In this document: piece by piece, positions 13,901 through 28,900 of the stretch | Numbering within the stretch: the first letter of the stretch is position 1 | How the letters are laid out: each line of letters starts with the position of its first letter | From: Leucoraja erinacea | Lineage: Eukaryota | Assembly (NCBI RefSeq): GCF_028641065.1 | Contig: NC_073382.1 | Span: forward strand, 51,770,001-51,834,000 | DNA: 64,000 nt | Direction of reading: 5' to 3' | Program-made: the position numbers and the translations under genes | Notes under the pieces: generated by a model | Told to the model about the DNA's origin: nothing | The model's input: the letters and a program-made list of their open reading frames with translations, nothing else | Database searches by the model: none

Positions 13901-16900
13901 TTTTGCTTGCGCAGATAATCGACCACAGCCAGCATTGTGCGCCGAGAGGTCTTATCCATAGATCCGTGGGGAAGGCTGTCCGTTTCTGACAAAATAATAA
14001 AAACTGGGTTAACAAATGGGAATAAAGAAAAAGCTTCATATAAAATGTAACCACTTTCACAACTAGATTGTTTGTGAACATTGAATTCCCTACTTTTCGG
14101 TGACTAAAGGGCCTGTCCAACTTAGGCGATTTTTTTGGTGACTGCTGGCGACTGTCATAGTCGTAGCAGGTCGCCGAAAAACCGGCAACTGGACCCCCCT
14201 ACGACAATGTCTACGATGAGCTACAACAACCTACCACCTAGTCGAAGTCAAGCTACCGACAACCGGCGACTCATTAGGCTGTCCACATACGACCACACCT
14301 ACAACAACCTACGTCTACCCGCGACAAGCTCCGACAAGCTACGACCCTGTCGGCGACAACTGAAGACAACTTAAGACAATTCAGTAGGTAGTAGTAGCCA
14401 ATGGAATTCACCAAAGTCAGCACCTGGCGACAACCGACGTCACGTCACCCTGGCGACAACCTACGACAGCACCTACATCAGGAGAAGTCGAGCTACACTC
14501 ATTGGCGTCAAGCCTACTGTCACCAAATTTTCTTTGAACATTTCAAAATCCAGTGGTGACCAGAAAAACTCTACGACACTTTGGGCGGCTGAGGAGCTAC
14601 TCACGACCATACAGGCGACACCCGGCGACAGCCTAGTCACCTAAAAAAAAAGTCGCCTAAGTGGGACAGGCCCTTAACCCACACAACAACACCCCCATTC
14701 TCCATCGCCTCACCCACCCCCTCTTCCCAGTAGCCAACCTGGACTTGCACCCATTTCTCCCCTTCCCTTCCATCTTTATTTCTTCTTCTGGCTTCACAAT
14801 TTGCACTTCCATCCTTATCTCACACCTTTTGCCTTTTCATGTCTTGCCTTTGGCCAACCATCTGCCTTTCGAAAACTCCCCTCACCTGTATCCACCTATC
14901 ACTCGCCAGGCTTTGTCCTCTCTTCCAGCTTTTACCTCCCGCCACCACAATCAGTCTACAGAAAGGCCAGACGCGAAACGTCACCTATCCATGTTCTCCA
15001 GATAGGCTGCCTGACTCGCTGAGCTACTCCAGCACTTTGTGTCGTCTTTTGATTATACTCACTACTATTCAGAAAACGTGTGATTATCAGAAATGCTTTC
15101 TAAAGGCGTAAACTTTAGAAAGATTCAGCAGAAGATAAAAAAGATCCCTACCATACTGATGCCAATATGGTACTTTAGCCATACTTGAGAGTGAGAAATT
15201 AATGTTGAATGACAGTCACTGCCATACTTTCCTTGAAGGAACTTCAGAAGGCAGAGGAACAATGAAGTGCAAATTTGGTGGAGCAGAGGGGATGAAAACT
15301 GAAATGTTTTCAGAGGAAAGAGGAAACTGAAAAGATGAGGACATTATTAATGGAGTATTTTTAAATGATGGAGCTTTTTCCTGGAGTTAATTAGAAAAAA
15401 ATAGAAATATTTCTGTTGTTGCTTTGACAATAAGAGGCTAATACTGTCAGTGTGAGAGTAAAATGAGAATCTATATACAGAGATACTGTTAAAGTGGAGA
15501 AAATTGCAACATCATAGAGAACTTTACTTACTCAGAAATATTAGTGGAAAGTACAGAGCTAAGGGGAGACGTTCTATGTCCTATAGTTTCTACTTAGGCA
15601 GTCACTGGAGATCAAGGATCACTTACTTCCACTTGCTTGTGGGTTCTGATTTAATTGAAGACAATAAAATGTGAGAACCATATATTGTTACGCAGATGAG
15701 GCAACAAATGCGTGGCACAGTACATGGTTAATTTGTGCAGTTCTGCAATTGCACACTGGGCAGGGATTCCCAGCAGACGGTGGGGATGTATGATTTTTTT
15801 TTTTTTTAAAGGAGGTTTTGAGCATATTGAATCTTTTCCTGCTTGTCTGGCAATCTTTTTGCATGCCAGATTTCGGAAAAGATTGTTTGCTCCAGAAGTA
15901 TGCTGTGGGGCATCCAAAAAGGAATAATGGATTGCCGTGCACTGTAGTATTTTAAATCTCAAAACGGCAGATCCAAAGTTAGCTACGGTCTGAAAGAGGC
16001 TGCAACAAACATAGGACTAGTATTGCTAAAACAATCGGAGGGATGGTAGAATATTCAAAAGGTTAGATATGATCATCATAAAACATAGGAGCAGAATTTG
16101 GTCATTCGGCCCATTGAGTTTGCTCTGCCATTCAATATGCTCACAAAACAAAATTTAAGTATTCAGCTTGAACAGATAGACAATCTATGTGGAACTGCCC
16201 CATTATATTAAATTCAGAAAATGATCCAATGAAAAAAATATTTTATTTAAGAAATATACTGAAGGCAATAATCCAAATTAATGGCTCAGTGGTGGAAATA
16301 CCAAAGGGATAGGCATTATTACAAAATCATGAGAGGAATAGATTGGGTAAACACATATAGTCTCTTGGCCAGAGTTGGGGAATCGAGAACAGAAGAGAGG
16401 TTTAAGGTGAGGGTGGTGGGTGTATGGAACGAGCTGCTGGAGGAAGTAGTTGAGGCAGGTACTATCCCAACGTTTAAGAAATATTTAGACAGGTACATAG
16501 ATAGGATAGGTTAGAGGAATACGGGCTTATGCTGGTAGGTGGGACTAGTGTAGATGGGACATGAAGGTGGGCAAGTAGTGGGCATGAGTGTGGGCTAGTT
16601 GGGCTGAACTATTAGCTAATTATCTGAGGTTTCATACATTCTTACTTTCCAAAGTAAGACTTACTTTCCAAAATAATTTTATACAAACTGATGTACAACA
16701 CCATCAAATTGAAATGCTTATTGAAATACTTTTTCAGTGGACTTGTGTAAAATCCATTACCTGAATCAATAATGGCTGGTGTGGTGGATCTGCTAGAGCT
16801 TGATCCCATTCTACAGCACACATTAAAGAAACTTTGAATGTGGTTAGATAACAACCCCTGCCAGCAACTGTTATCGTCATGAAGGAGAATATCATGGATC

Positions 16901-19900
16901 AAGTATGGAAGAATCATCTGGCAGAAGTCAGCCTTCACCTGATGAAACAAGGTAACAAACATGAACAAAATCAAATTTGAGGTTATAATGTACAACGTTT
17001 AAACTCGGCAGATAGCCTTTTAAAAGCTTCAAATTCAATTCCAACTATAAGTTCCAAAACATTATTTTTTATTGAAGCCTGCCAGTTAATCGTTTTGCTA
17101 AGTCTAAAGAGAAAAGATAAATTGATAATTGAGAAAAACTAGAGGTTGTGCTCGTGATGTAACTGGAATAAGTGATTCCAAACAACCTGGCTATTTAGTT
17201 TGTAACTGGGTATTAGCTTCTTTCAAACTCCCCAACAAAATAGTCATTACATTAGACACAAGGAATTGCAGATGGTGTTTTTTTCAAAAAAGAAAAACAA
17301 AGTGTCAGAGTAACTCAGCAAGTCAGGCAGCATCTCTGGAGAACACAGAGAGGTGACGTTTCTGGTTGGGTCCCTTCTTCAGACTCACTTCTGATCTGAT
17401 GAGTAATTCCAGCACCTTGTGTCATTTTTGGCCATGATGTTACTCAAAATCCACAAATGTAATGAAATAAAGAAAACAATTCCTAATATACAGAAATATT
17501 TAATAATCTGATTAGAGTGCAGGGGTCACTCAGTCTGAGCAGTCAACAAGGTTGGTTGCATTGGTACACTGTTAATGTTTAAATATCAATTTCAAGCAAA
17601 GGCACAAAAACAAATCTGGAGAATTAAAAAAGTACCAGATTACCTCACATAGTGACTTTATTAACTGTAGAACTTCACTCCTCACACCTCCACTGTCTAA
17701 TAGTTTACAGGTTAGTGTTTTCAACCATGTGTCATGGTTTACACCCTGAGGTATCCACAAACTGCTGTCATCAAGAGTTTCAGAAGGACTGGATCTGCTG
17801 TCTGCTAGCAGCTCAGGAATCTATGTCAACAAATCATAGGTTTACACAATGGTTTTATTGAAAAGGTTTTAATAATGGTTTTATTACAGGAAAGACACAC
17901 AACAGAATCACAGATGAATGCGAAAGGTTAGAGGATAAAGTCAATATTTTAAGAAAAGGAGTTGCATTCTGGCAACGGGTAAGGTTAAATATACACCAAA
18001 AAGTGTTCAAAACCATGAAATAATTATTTCATCCATTAGAAAAATGATGAACAGTAGAAAAGAAAGATCAAGTTGACAGAGGAGAATTTAACTATAGCGT
18101 TAGTGCCAGAGCCAAAAAGCACGATGTGACATATTTAAAAATTTTAAAAACATTATCACAATAACTGCTAAAAAACAAAATCAGAAAACTTAAGACAGAC
18201 GGAAGCAGGTTATATGAAAGGCAATAGCATGATACTAAAATAGATAGTTTAGCAGTGGAGCTATTATCTGCACATTAGCTAAGATGTAGCTTCAGATAAG
18301 ATTGTTATTCTGCATCTACACAGTGAATATGATGCTTTGCTGTGTTCAGGGATAATTACCTTCATTCTGGGTGTTCGGAAAGGGTGTAAATACATCAACA
18401 TGGGATCAGGACCATTGGGTTCATTCTTACTGAACTCCCAGAATTGGTGGCCTGTTTGGGTGGCAAGTATGTTCTTTGCACATTTAGCAGCTGCAAAGCG
18501 AACATCAATACTGGCAGAAAAGAACAGGAAGGCTAGATTATGTAAAAGCAATCAGTAAAATTACAATAATTTTTGTTCACTTCTCTTTGACTCTATGCGC
18601 TCTTCTAAACCAATAGTACCTGAAAATGAACAAATTACATTCCTTTGATGGAACTGCAATATGCCCAAAATAATCTATCACTCGTAGACAAAATTACTGG
18701 AGAAACTCAGCGGGTGCGGCAGCATCTATGGAGCGAAGGAAATAGGCAATGTTTCGGGCCAAAACACTTCTTCAGACAGCAAAGTCTGAAGAATGGTTTC
18801 AGCCCGAAACGTTGCCTATTTCATTCACTCCATAGATGCTGCCGCACCCGCTGAGTTTCTCCAGCAATTTTGTCTACCTTCGATTTTCCAGCATCTGCAG
18901 TTCCTCCTTGAACATAATCTATCGCTCACTTTGAACTGGATTAACTGGGCAAGTTTAGTCCGGGTTCACTTTGAACCAGGGCCGATTGCTCCAAATTGCT
19001 CTTAAATTACCCCAAAAATTGATTTACGGATTAAACTTTGCTCTCATGGAATTTATGTGGAAAAAATTAATAATTCAAAACAATTTTTTTTCCCCCAACT
19101 TGCAGATGACATGTATCACATTATGGAAAAAAAACTCATTTTTTAGCAAAGCAACTTCCTCCCTTCTCCTGTAATCTGTAGTGAAAGATTAGAACATAAT
19201 TTCGAACTGACCAAATGGACATTGCAGCTGAAATTTTAGACTATTACTTCCAACACAGGATGAATAGTCACAATGCAACATCTACAAGGGAAAATCGAGA
19301 TTTTATCTGGGAGTTATATGTACATGTACATGAAAGTATGCAATAAACTCTTCAACAAAATCACGCATAAGCAAGCCTAATTAAAACCGCTGTGTGCATT
19401 TTGCTGATAGGATGCTACAAAACTGTATACAAATAATATTCTGTGCAATAAATATAATGATTCACACAAATTCACTCTAAAGGGTATATGTAATGCAGAC
19501 TATAGTGATCTGCAAGGCCTTTTTTTTTCTCTTTGCTTCATTACAAAACATGCATAAACTCACCATTGGTCAATGAGAGCATTATTAATTACACCGAGGA
19601 GAATGCAAACCAATTTAGAATCATTTTCTTTCAAAACTTCTGACGCCTTGAAATGAAATTTATCTTTCTTGTTTTGTAAAGCAATGGTGGAAAAGTCAAT
19701 TGGACCCATTTCTCCAAAGCACTTGCCTGCAGCTTCTGAAATAACAAAATGAATGTAAACCTCAAGGATATATTCAAATAATAATTGCTGCAAACTAAAT
19801 AATCCAGAAACTAGATTAGATTAGATCCTTTATTTGTCATTCAGACCTTTCGGTCTGAACGAAATGTCGTTGCCTGCAGCCATACATATAATAATAAACA

Positions 19901-22900
19901 ACAAAACACACAATAAACACAAATTAACGTCCACCACAGTGAGTTCACCAGGCACCTCCTCACTGTGATGGAGGCAAAAGTCTTAAGATTTCTTCCCTTA
20001 AAAGTCTCTTCCCTCCTCATTCTCCCTCTGCGCTGAGGCGATATGTTGTTACCCCGCCGGGCGATGGTAGTCAGTCCAGCGGCTCAACCGAGCTCCGCAA
20101 ACGGGCCGGTTCAAGCTCCGCGGCCCGGGGTGGTCGAAGCTGCCGCCCTCCAGTCCAGCGGACGCAGCTGTTGCTGTGGGAGCTCCGGAAAACAGGCACC
20201 AGCCTGTGACCTGTGAGCTCCCGACGATGTCGTCCACTGGCCCGCGGCCGAGCCTGGGATTCATGTCGCTGCCGCTGGAACGCCACCTCAGCCACCGGAG
20301 CACCGTCTCAGCTCCAAGCCGGGCCATCCTCACCGAGCACCGTCTCAGTTCCGAGCCGGGCCGCCCTCACTGGAGCACCGTCTCAGCCCCGAGTCGTGCC
20401 GCTGCCACTGGAGCGCCCGAACGCTGCCACAGCTCCGAAGTCGACCAGCCTCGCGTTGGTGAGTCCTGGCTGGCTCTGCCTCCGGAGCCTCGAGGTCGGT
20501 CGCAGGTTGGAGGCTGCCAGCTCCGCCATTAGGCCTCAGCGCAGACGGAGGCAGAGAAGGGGGGATACGACAGAAGAGTCGCATTCCCCCGAAGGGAGAG
20601 ACAGAAAACCTTCCCCCACACCTAACACAACCTAATAACCAAATATTTAACTAAAACAAGACAAAAAAAAACACCAACAAAAAAGTAAAGACAAACGGAC
20701 TGCAGGCGAGCCGCAGCCGTTCAACAGCGCCGCCACTTCCGGTGCAATACACCGCTTTGAAGGTTTTCATAATGAATTGACTAACACATCAAAGGTGGAC
20801 ACCAAAGTGCAACTTGCTAAACTTGTAATGTAACAGGTTCAAGGGAAATTATCTTCTTCATTGTTTACATACAACGGTATTATCAAGTGAAGATAGACCC
20901 AAAATACTGGAGTAACTCAGCAGGACAAGCAGCATCTCTGGAGAGAAGGAATGGGTGACGTTTCAGGTCGAGACCATTCATCAGACTATTATCAAGTGGC
21001 TCTGGAATAGAATACTGTTTGATCAGATGCACACCAACCCCAGTTTCAAACACATGCCATTTTCTACACCAGTCATTAAAAAAATGTGAGTTGGCTCAGA
21101 GATAGAAGGAACTGAAATCTTGAGCAAAACACAAAGTGTTGAGGAATATAGCAGGTCAAGCAGCATCTGTGGAGGGATTGGACAGACGTTTTAGGCGGGA
21201 CCCTTCTTCAATCTGTAGAAGAGTCCAGACCCAAAACATCATAATATTCCCTTCACAGCAGGGTGGGACAACGGTAGAGTTGCTGCCAGAGAGACCCGGG
21301 TTCGAACTGGACTACGAGTGCTGTCTGTACGGAGTTTGTACGTTCTCCCTTTGACCACATGGGTTTTCTCCGGGTGCTTCCGATTCCTCGCACACTTCAA
21401 AGACATACAGATTTGTAGATTAATTGGCTTCGGTAAAATTGTAAATTGCCCCTAGTGTGTGTAGGATAGTGTTAATGTGTGTAGGATAGTGTTAATGATT
21501 AGCGCAGACTCAGTGGGCCGAAGGGCTTGTTTCCATGCTCTATTTCTAAACTAAACCAAAAAAAAAAAATGCTGCTTGGCCAACTGAGTAGCTCCAGCAC
21601 TTTGTGTTTTGCTCAGGTTTAATTGTCCTTTATTTAGTGATGAAGACTGCTTTAAGCAGGAATTGGAGAGGAATGGCTCAAACTAATTCTGGATAGGATT
21701 CTTATATCAACTGAACATTCTGCCAGTTCAGGCTGGGTTTTCCATCCTATGAAATATATTCCACGTTTTAAATCCCAATCCATTTGTCACTTTTGAACTC
21801 AGCTGGGAGGTATTGGTTTGCTGGATTGTGGTCCTGTGATGTGTGTTTCAAATATTGGTATGTTAAAAGAGCTCCACAGTGAAAGTTTTTGTTTGATGAT
21901 ATTTGTTTATTCAGACCGAAAGGCACTAAAACCCCTTAACAATATCCATTTGTTCCTTAATATTTTCTAGGTTATTGGTTTCAGTGTGGGTTGATAATGC
22001 TTTACTAAGAAACATTTCCAGTCCTAAAATTGCCATTTATATAAATGAGCCAGTGTCCATTTGCTCAATTAAAAACATTTAAAATACAAGATAAATTAGT
22101 CCGTAAATCTAAAGTGTCACTTCTGAAAGGAAGAGTTTCTAGTTTTCTAATGCGTTGCTATTCTCTATGAAGACTGAGGATCATGTTTTTTTCTCCCACA
22201 CATTGAATCACAGGCAGATTAAGTACTCACCCAATATATCTTTTCCAGCAGGGTGACAGATAGCAGACTTGCACAATTGCAGAAGATTCACGACTAGTTT
22301 CACAAGGACACTGGACTCAGGATCATCTGAAGACATTTTAGAAATGTATTAAATCAAGTCTAACAGTATAGCTTGTAATCTTTAAAATAATACAGCTACA
22401 GAAACTTCCACCGTTTGTACTAAAATGTATGATATAAAGTATGCACACATTACAATTGTACATTCATAATGCAGTCCTATTGGAATGGTGGAAATTCAGC
22501 CATCCACAACACTGAGAAAGGCATCTTTTCATTTTAAGAAAGGAAATGTACACACTTCCTCGAGTCCCCTGATACAACAAATAAAACTAAGGATTGAACT
22601 TGGATTGGGAGGTTAAAGCTGCTATCTACGTTAACATGTCGTATGATCTGAGTGGTTTACCAAGTTTTGACAGAAGGCTAAGATAAGCAAACCTAATCAC
22701 TCAGAGGGCACCGAATCTCCTGGGAGGGCAATACTGCTCTGGGACTAGATTCCTATTGAGTTGAGTCACGTGGCAAAGTTCCAACCTTCTATGGCTAGGA
22801 ACCAAAGAGGCTGGGTAGAGGAAGGCAAGGGTGGGTAGCAAACACGTGCCTTCTTCTTGGCTAATAAAATCCCTTTATTCCAATTTGTTTAATTAATTAA

Positions 22901-25900
22901 TTTAACAATTTGGAGAAAATTCCTACTATAAACAGCAGGTTTAATGCACACCATCTAATTTAGTCTATTATAACAGTGGTGTAGTCGGTTCAATATGTTG
23001 ATACTGCAACATTTATCTGCAAGAAAGATTTAGTGAAGTGCAGCTCAATTTTAAAGCTTGTTTTTAACACGATTGTGCTCTGTTGAAATAAAATTTTCAT
23101 GTACTGTTGACAGGATCTTTATACATTAAGATACTATCAAGTTACCTTGGCATTCTTTTAGCAGGATTTTAGTGTCCTCTTTATGAAGTGCTAGTTGTTT
23201 TTTTAGATCATTTAATCCCACAAGCCTAGTCAAGGGCAAGGAATCACAGGAATTGACTGAGAGGAAGTGATTGATTTCCTGAAAAAGAAAAAAGAAAGTA
23301 GGTAAAGGAAAACATAAACTTATAATCACCTTATTTTTTCTTCTACAATTGACTTCTACCTCATTTTCTGTTATCAAACTTCTTCTGTTCTCCAGGGAAT
23401 TAAGTCTGTGTTTCTGTAATCTTTCATTTATGGCCTGTTATTTCTATTTCCATTAGTCTTTTGTGTCATTGTCTGTGAATACAGTTCCTCTAGTCTTTGA
23501 ACTTAGTTATTTGGATGCTTCATGTTTACCGTCCTTCATTGTCTTCCGCTTCTTCTGGTGTTCTAGACTTCATTGATTTCAGCCCTGTTTGATTTGTTCT
23601 TTCATAACATGAAATTCAGCTCACTTCTTCCAATATTTATTTCCCTTTACCAACCACAGGCATCTAAATCTCAAGTTTCCAAGTCCTGTAAACATTAGCA
23701 CCCAGAAATACATGGATTCAAATGCCGGAGTGGACTTGAGTGTATAATGTTGGCTGAAATTTCAATTCAGCATCGATGGTTTGTTGCATTATCAGATGTG
23801 AAGTCTTATTAATTAGGTTGAGCTGAGGCTCTATACATCTATATGCACAGTGACATGGTGCATTCAAAAAAAAGCAAAGAGTTTTATCATGTCCTGGTCA
23901 ACATCACTACTTCAAAAATTTCTCTCCCACAAAATAATTAATTGGCAAATTATTATCAGTTTATTACTGTCATGTGTATCAAGATACTTTGAAAACTGCT
24001 TTGTGTGTTATTCAGTCAAATCATATTATACACGAGTACAATGAAAATCACACAAGTACAACGGGTATTGCAAAGTGAAAAATAAACTGCGCAGAATATA
24101 GTATTAGAGCAAAGAGATAATGCAGATTAAAACAAAATATGTGCAAGGGCCGGGATTGGGAGATCAGGACTACATCCTTAGTTTATGTTAGATCCGTTCA
24201 ATTGTCTGATAATAGTGCCATTTCCATAGCACCAGATTGAGGAACAGTTTCTTCGCCACGGTTAGTAAACTACTGAACGGACTTCTCACAAACTAGGTGT
24301 GCAATTCCGATTCTCCAACTACCTCATTGCAGCCCTTGCACTTTATTTTTGTCTGCATTTTCTGTTGTACTATATCTTGCTCTGTTTACATTTCTCCTTG
24401 CAGTATCTATTGTACTTGTGTATGATTTGATTGTACTCATAAATGGAATGATTTGACTGCATAGGACGCAAAATGAAGTTTAATTTGTTTTGTGGTAACA
24501 TGCCATAGCATGTTTCTTTTTTTTTTTGCAGTTTTTCCCTCTTCTTGCTCTTTAATTGATCTCATCTTCTTTAGATCAGAGATACAGCACTGAAACAGGC
24601 CCTTTGGCCCACCGAGACCGTGCTGACCAGTGATCACAACTTACACTAGCACTATCCTGCACACTAGGAACCTACAAACATTTGGAGTGTGGGGGGGAAA
24701 CAGAACCGGCTCCCGGAGAAAACCCACGGGGTCATAGGGAAAATGTACAAATTCCATACAGACAGCACCCATAGTCAGGATCGAGCCCGGGTCTCTGGCA
24801 CAGTAAGGCAGCAGCTCTACTGCTGCACCACTGCTCTCCAACTTATTAAGAATTTGTTTGAAAATTCTCAATTTAATAAATACAAGAACAGTCCAATCTA
24901 TAATCTTTCTAGCAGGAACCAATAAAAGAAGCAATATTGGATCCAACAAAAGTCAGTGTAAGTGGCAATTCATTCTGCAAAGTGCATGGCTGTCTGGACA
25001 TTGCCTATAGATATAAGGTACACATAAGGAACTGCAGATGTTGGTGTGACAAAAAGACACAAAGTGCCGGAGTAAGTCAGTAGCATCTCTGGAAAACATT
25101 GATATGCACCATTTTGGCTCGAGATCTTTCTTCGGACTTTAGAAGAGTCCGGACACGAAACATCACCTTACTTGTTCTCCAGGAATGATGCCCGACTCAC
25201 TAACTTTGAGTCTCTAGCACTTTGTGTCTTTTTTGGTCATTGACTATGTTAATGCCAAGAAATTCAGAAGATATAAAGAAAGTTGACAGGATTTTACCGA
25301 GTGGCAATGCATACTCAAAAAGCTGTAGGAAATTGGAGGAACAGCAACTCATATTTCACTTGGGCAGCTTACAACCCAGTGGTATGAATATTGATTTCTC
25401 TAACTTCAAGTACCCCTTGCTTTCCCTCTATCTGCATCCCTCCACATCCTCGTTCTCCTGTCTTCCTGATTAAATGCTACTGATTGTATGCCGCAATGTC
25501 AGCTTCAATATAGCTTACAATGAACCATTTCCTTATTTGTTATCTGCTTTGATCTTCTATTTTCACACCTTACCCTTCCACATATCTCTAGTTTCCCTCT
25601 CCCATGACTCTCAGTCTGAAGAAGGGTCTCGACCCGAAACGTCACCCTTTTCTTCGTAACTTTACATTCATTGAATTCTTGGAGTCTGCCTTCTACCTGA
25701 GCATTAAATCTTTACCCAGTTATACGGTTTTTTTGATTAATGATAATAATGTGATACTTCATGTAAAGTTAAAAGCTGCATTTATGAGCTTTAAAAGTAT
25801 ATTCACAAAATAAAAAGCATGAAAAGCATAAAAAGCATGGCATACATTAAAACAAATATTTTTACCTCCAATAATGTGAACCTTTTCTTACTATACTTGA

Positions 25901-28900
25901 TTTTCTCCTGGATAAGACGCAGCTCTTTGAATTCAGGAAGATCGGGGAATGGATCCAACCGCCTAATTGCATGGTATAGGTTTTTATTGTCTCGATTAGA
26001 AATCACTAGATACTTCAACAACGTGAGGGCCTGGAAGAATTACAACTATAAATCACTAATTGTTTATATCACAATTAAAATTGAGAATAACAATCACAAA
26101 GAATCTTAAAACATTTATGAAGCAGAATGGGAATAATTATATGCATGATGCTCAGCTCCTACGAAGTTGACCTTTAAAATAACTTCTACCCTATTTGTAT
26201 ACTCCAGAGATGCTGCCTGACCCACTGAGTTACTCCATGTTAATGTACGAGGCACATTTAGGGGGGGGGGGGTCTGAGCCTGTATTCGCTGGAGTTTTGA
26301 TGGAAGAGCGGGAAATCGCATTGAAACCTACCGAATAATGAAAGGCCTAGATGGAGTGGATGTGGAGAGGATGTTTCCAGTGATAGGAGAGTCTAGGACC
26401 AGAGGGCACAACCTCGGAAAAACAAGATGTACATTTAGAATGGAGATGAGAAGGAATTTCTTTAGCCAGAAGGTGGCGAATCTGTGGAAGTCATTGGCAC
26501 AGACGATAGTGGAGGACAAGTCATTTGGTCCATTGGCGGATATCGACAGGTTCTTGATTAGTACGGATGCCAAAAGTTACGGGGAGAAGGCAGAAGAATG
26601 AGGATGACAGGGAAAAATAGATTGGCCATGTTTGAATGGTGGTGTAGATTTGATGGGCTGAATGGCCTAATTCTGCTCCTATCACTTATGACCTTTTTAA
26701 TGGCCTAGTGCTGCTCCTATGTCTTATGGCCCCTTGACCCCACCAATTTACAATTCTTATAGGCAGACACAAAATGCTGGAGTAACTCAGCGGGACAGGC
26801 AGCATCTCTGGAGAGAAGGAATGGGTGACGAGACCCCGAAACAGTACCCATTCCTTCTCTCCCGAGATGCTGCCTGTCCCGCTGAGTTACTCCAGCATTT
26901 TGTGTCTCCCTTCGATTTAAACCAACATCTGCAGTTACTCCCTTATAATTCTTATCGCCGTGTATCAGAATCCCAGCTTCCTTTGGACTCATAATTAGTG
27001 ACTTCCTTTCAGCCGTGTCAGTCTGAATCTTCAGATAAACCTCTATAAATAACTATCCCTTTGCTTCCCACTAAAGACCTAACCCAGCCTATTAAAAGCT
27101 TAGGGTTACAGAGGTTTTTCAACCAGCTATTGACTTTTTGATTGTGTCTTTGATATATCATGGGATATTATTCCACATTAAAAGTAGCATACAAGTTCAA
27201 TTTTGTAGTAAGTGTTTAACATTTTCTTGCTAAGTTTGAAAACATATATAATTAATCCAATAAAATTTAGAACAAAGAAGCCAACAGAATCGTTATTGCA
27301 CATCAATGTCTTACCTGTTGACGGATCTCTGGCTGTTCCTGGACCAATGGTGTTAATGTACCCACAATGACGTGAAGATGATTTTCCAGTGCATCCCCAC
27401 AATGTTCTACAGCAGTTTTACAAGTGGCATTCAAGAGATCACAGCACAGAGAAAAACTGCGTGTGGATACATCATCCATGTGTGCTGGCCTATAAAGAAG
27501 GAAAAAAAATACAATGCACAATCTGAAACAATGATGTGGAAATATAAGATGTTGGGGATTTTGGTCTTCCAAGTCACCCTGCTAATTCGGACATCAGCGA
27601 GCCACTATACTGCCTGCCTAATAATTTTGTATTCATCGAAGCTAATGGAAATCAAATTGTTTTGCAAGAGTGGCCCATTCACCAACATAATAGCATATCA
27701 TGTTTTATAATACAATACAATATTTATTCTCATTTGAACCTCAGTGAGGCTCAAACGAAACTACAGCCATACAAACAAAAACGATTCCTACAGACACACA
27801 ACCAATTTAATTCACACAAACATCCATCACAGTGAACCTCCTCCTCACTGTGATGGAAGGCAAAGTCCTTTCTCTCCCCTGCTCTCCATTTTTCTCCCGA
27901 TGTTGAAGCCCCAGGCGGGCAATGTTAAGTCCCACGGCCATTTTAGGCCGCGCCGGGCAATGTACGGCCCCGCTCCCGGTCTAAATGTCACAAAGTTGGA
28001 GCCCCCGGCGGGCACTGGAATGTCCCGCGACCGTTAAAGTCATTTACATTCTGTAAGTAACATATGCTTGAAAGGCACAGAGCTGTGGTGAGCTATTGCA
28101 GAAACACATGCAAATCTATTGGAGAATTCACGAGCTTAACATTGGTATCAGAGGCCTGAGCAAATTGTTTTAAATCTTTTTTTTTTTAAAGAAGTAAGCT
28201 TATTTGGAAAGTGCTGACCACATTTGCAATTGCAAGAGATGTATCTCAAGACATACAATGAACAAGAATTAATTGTAAGCAAACTTGAAATAAACTATCA
28301 ATAAGAAAAGAACTGACCGACTGTTGATGTGGTGAATCAGACTATAGATGACGTCACGGAGAACAAATGCCCACAATCTTCCCAGTCCGTCCATAATCTC
28401 TTTCAGTAGCAAATTTACAAACAATCGATACATCGTCAGAATTCTATGCTTTTCATAAGCACTGGTACTGTCTGCTGCCTTCTTACAAATTGCCAGCAAG
28501 ATCTTTTGTATTGAATCCTGTTTACAACACAAGTTCCAACAGATTTAATTATACATGGGTTCTTAAAAAGATTTGGTGAGATTTTCAGTAATATACATTT
28601 GAAAGACAAAGAGTTGCAATGAGTTAAAGCAGAGATAAGAAAAATAAACCCAACAAAACACATTGTAAAAATTAACCAATAAGAAAGTTTGCTATTAATA
28701 AATAATGACAGTAAAATATGATATCTCTTTAAAAATCCTCTGTTGTAATTTTTGCTTAGAGTTACAGTGTTGAAACAGGCCCTTTGACCCACCGAGACTG
28801 TCCCCGCACACTATCCTACACACACTAGGGACAATTTTACATTTATACCAAGCCAATTAACCTACAAAACTGCATGTCTTTGGATTGTGGGAGGAAACAG

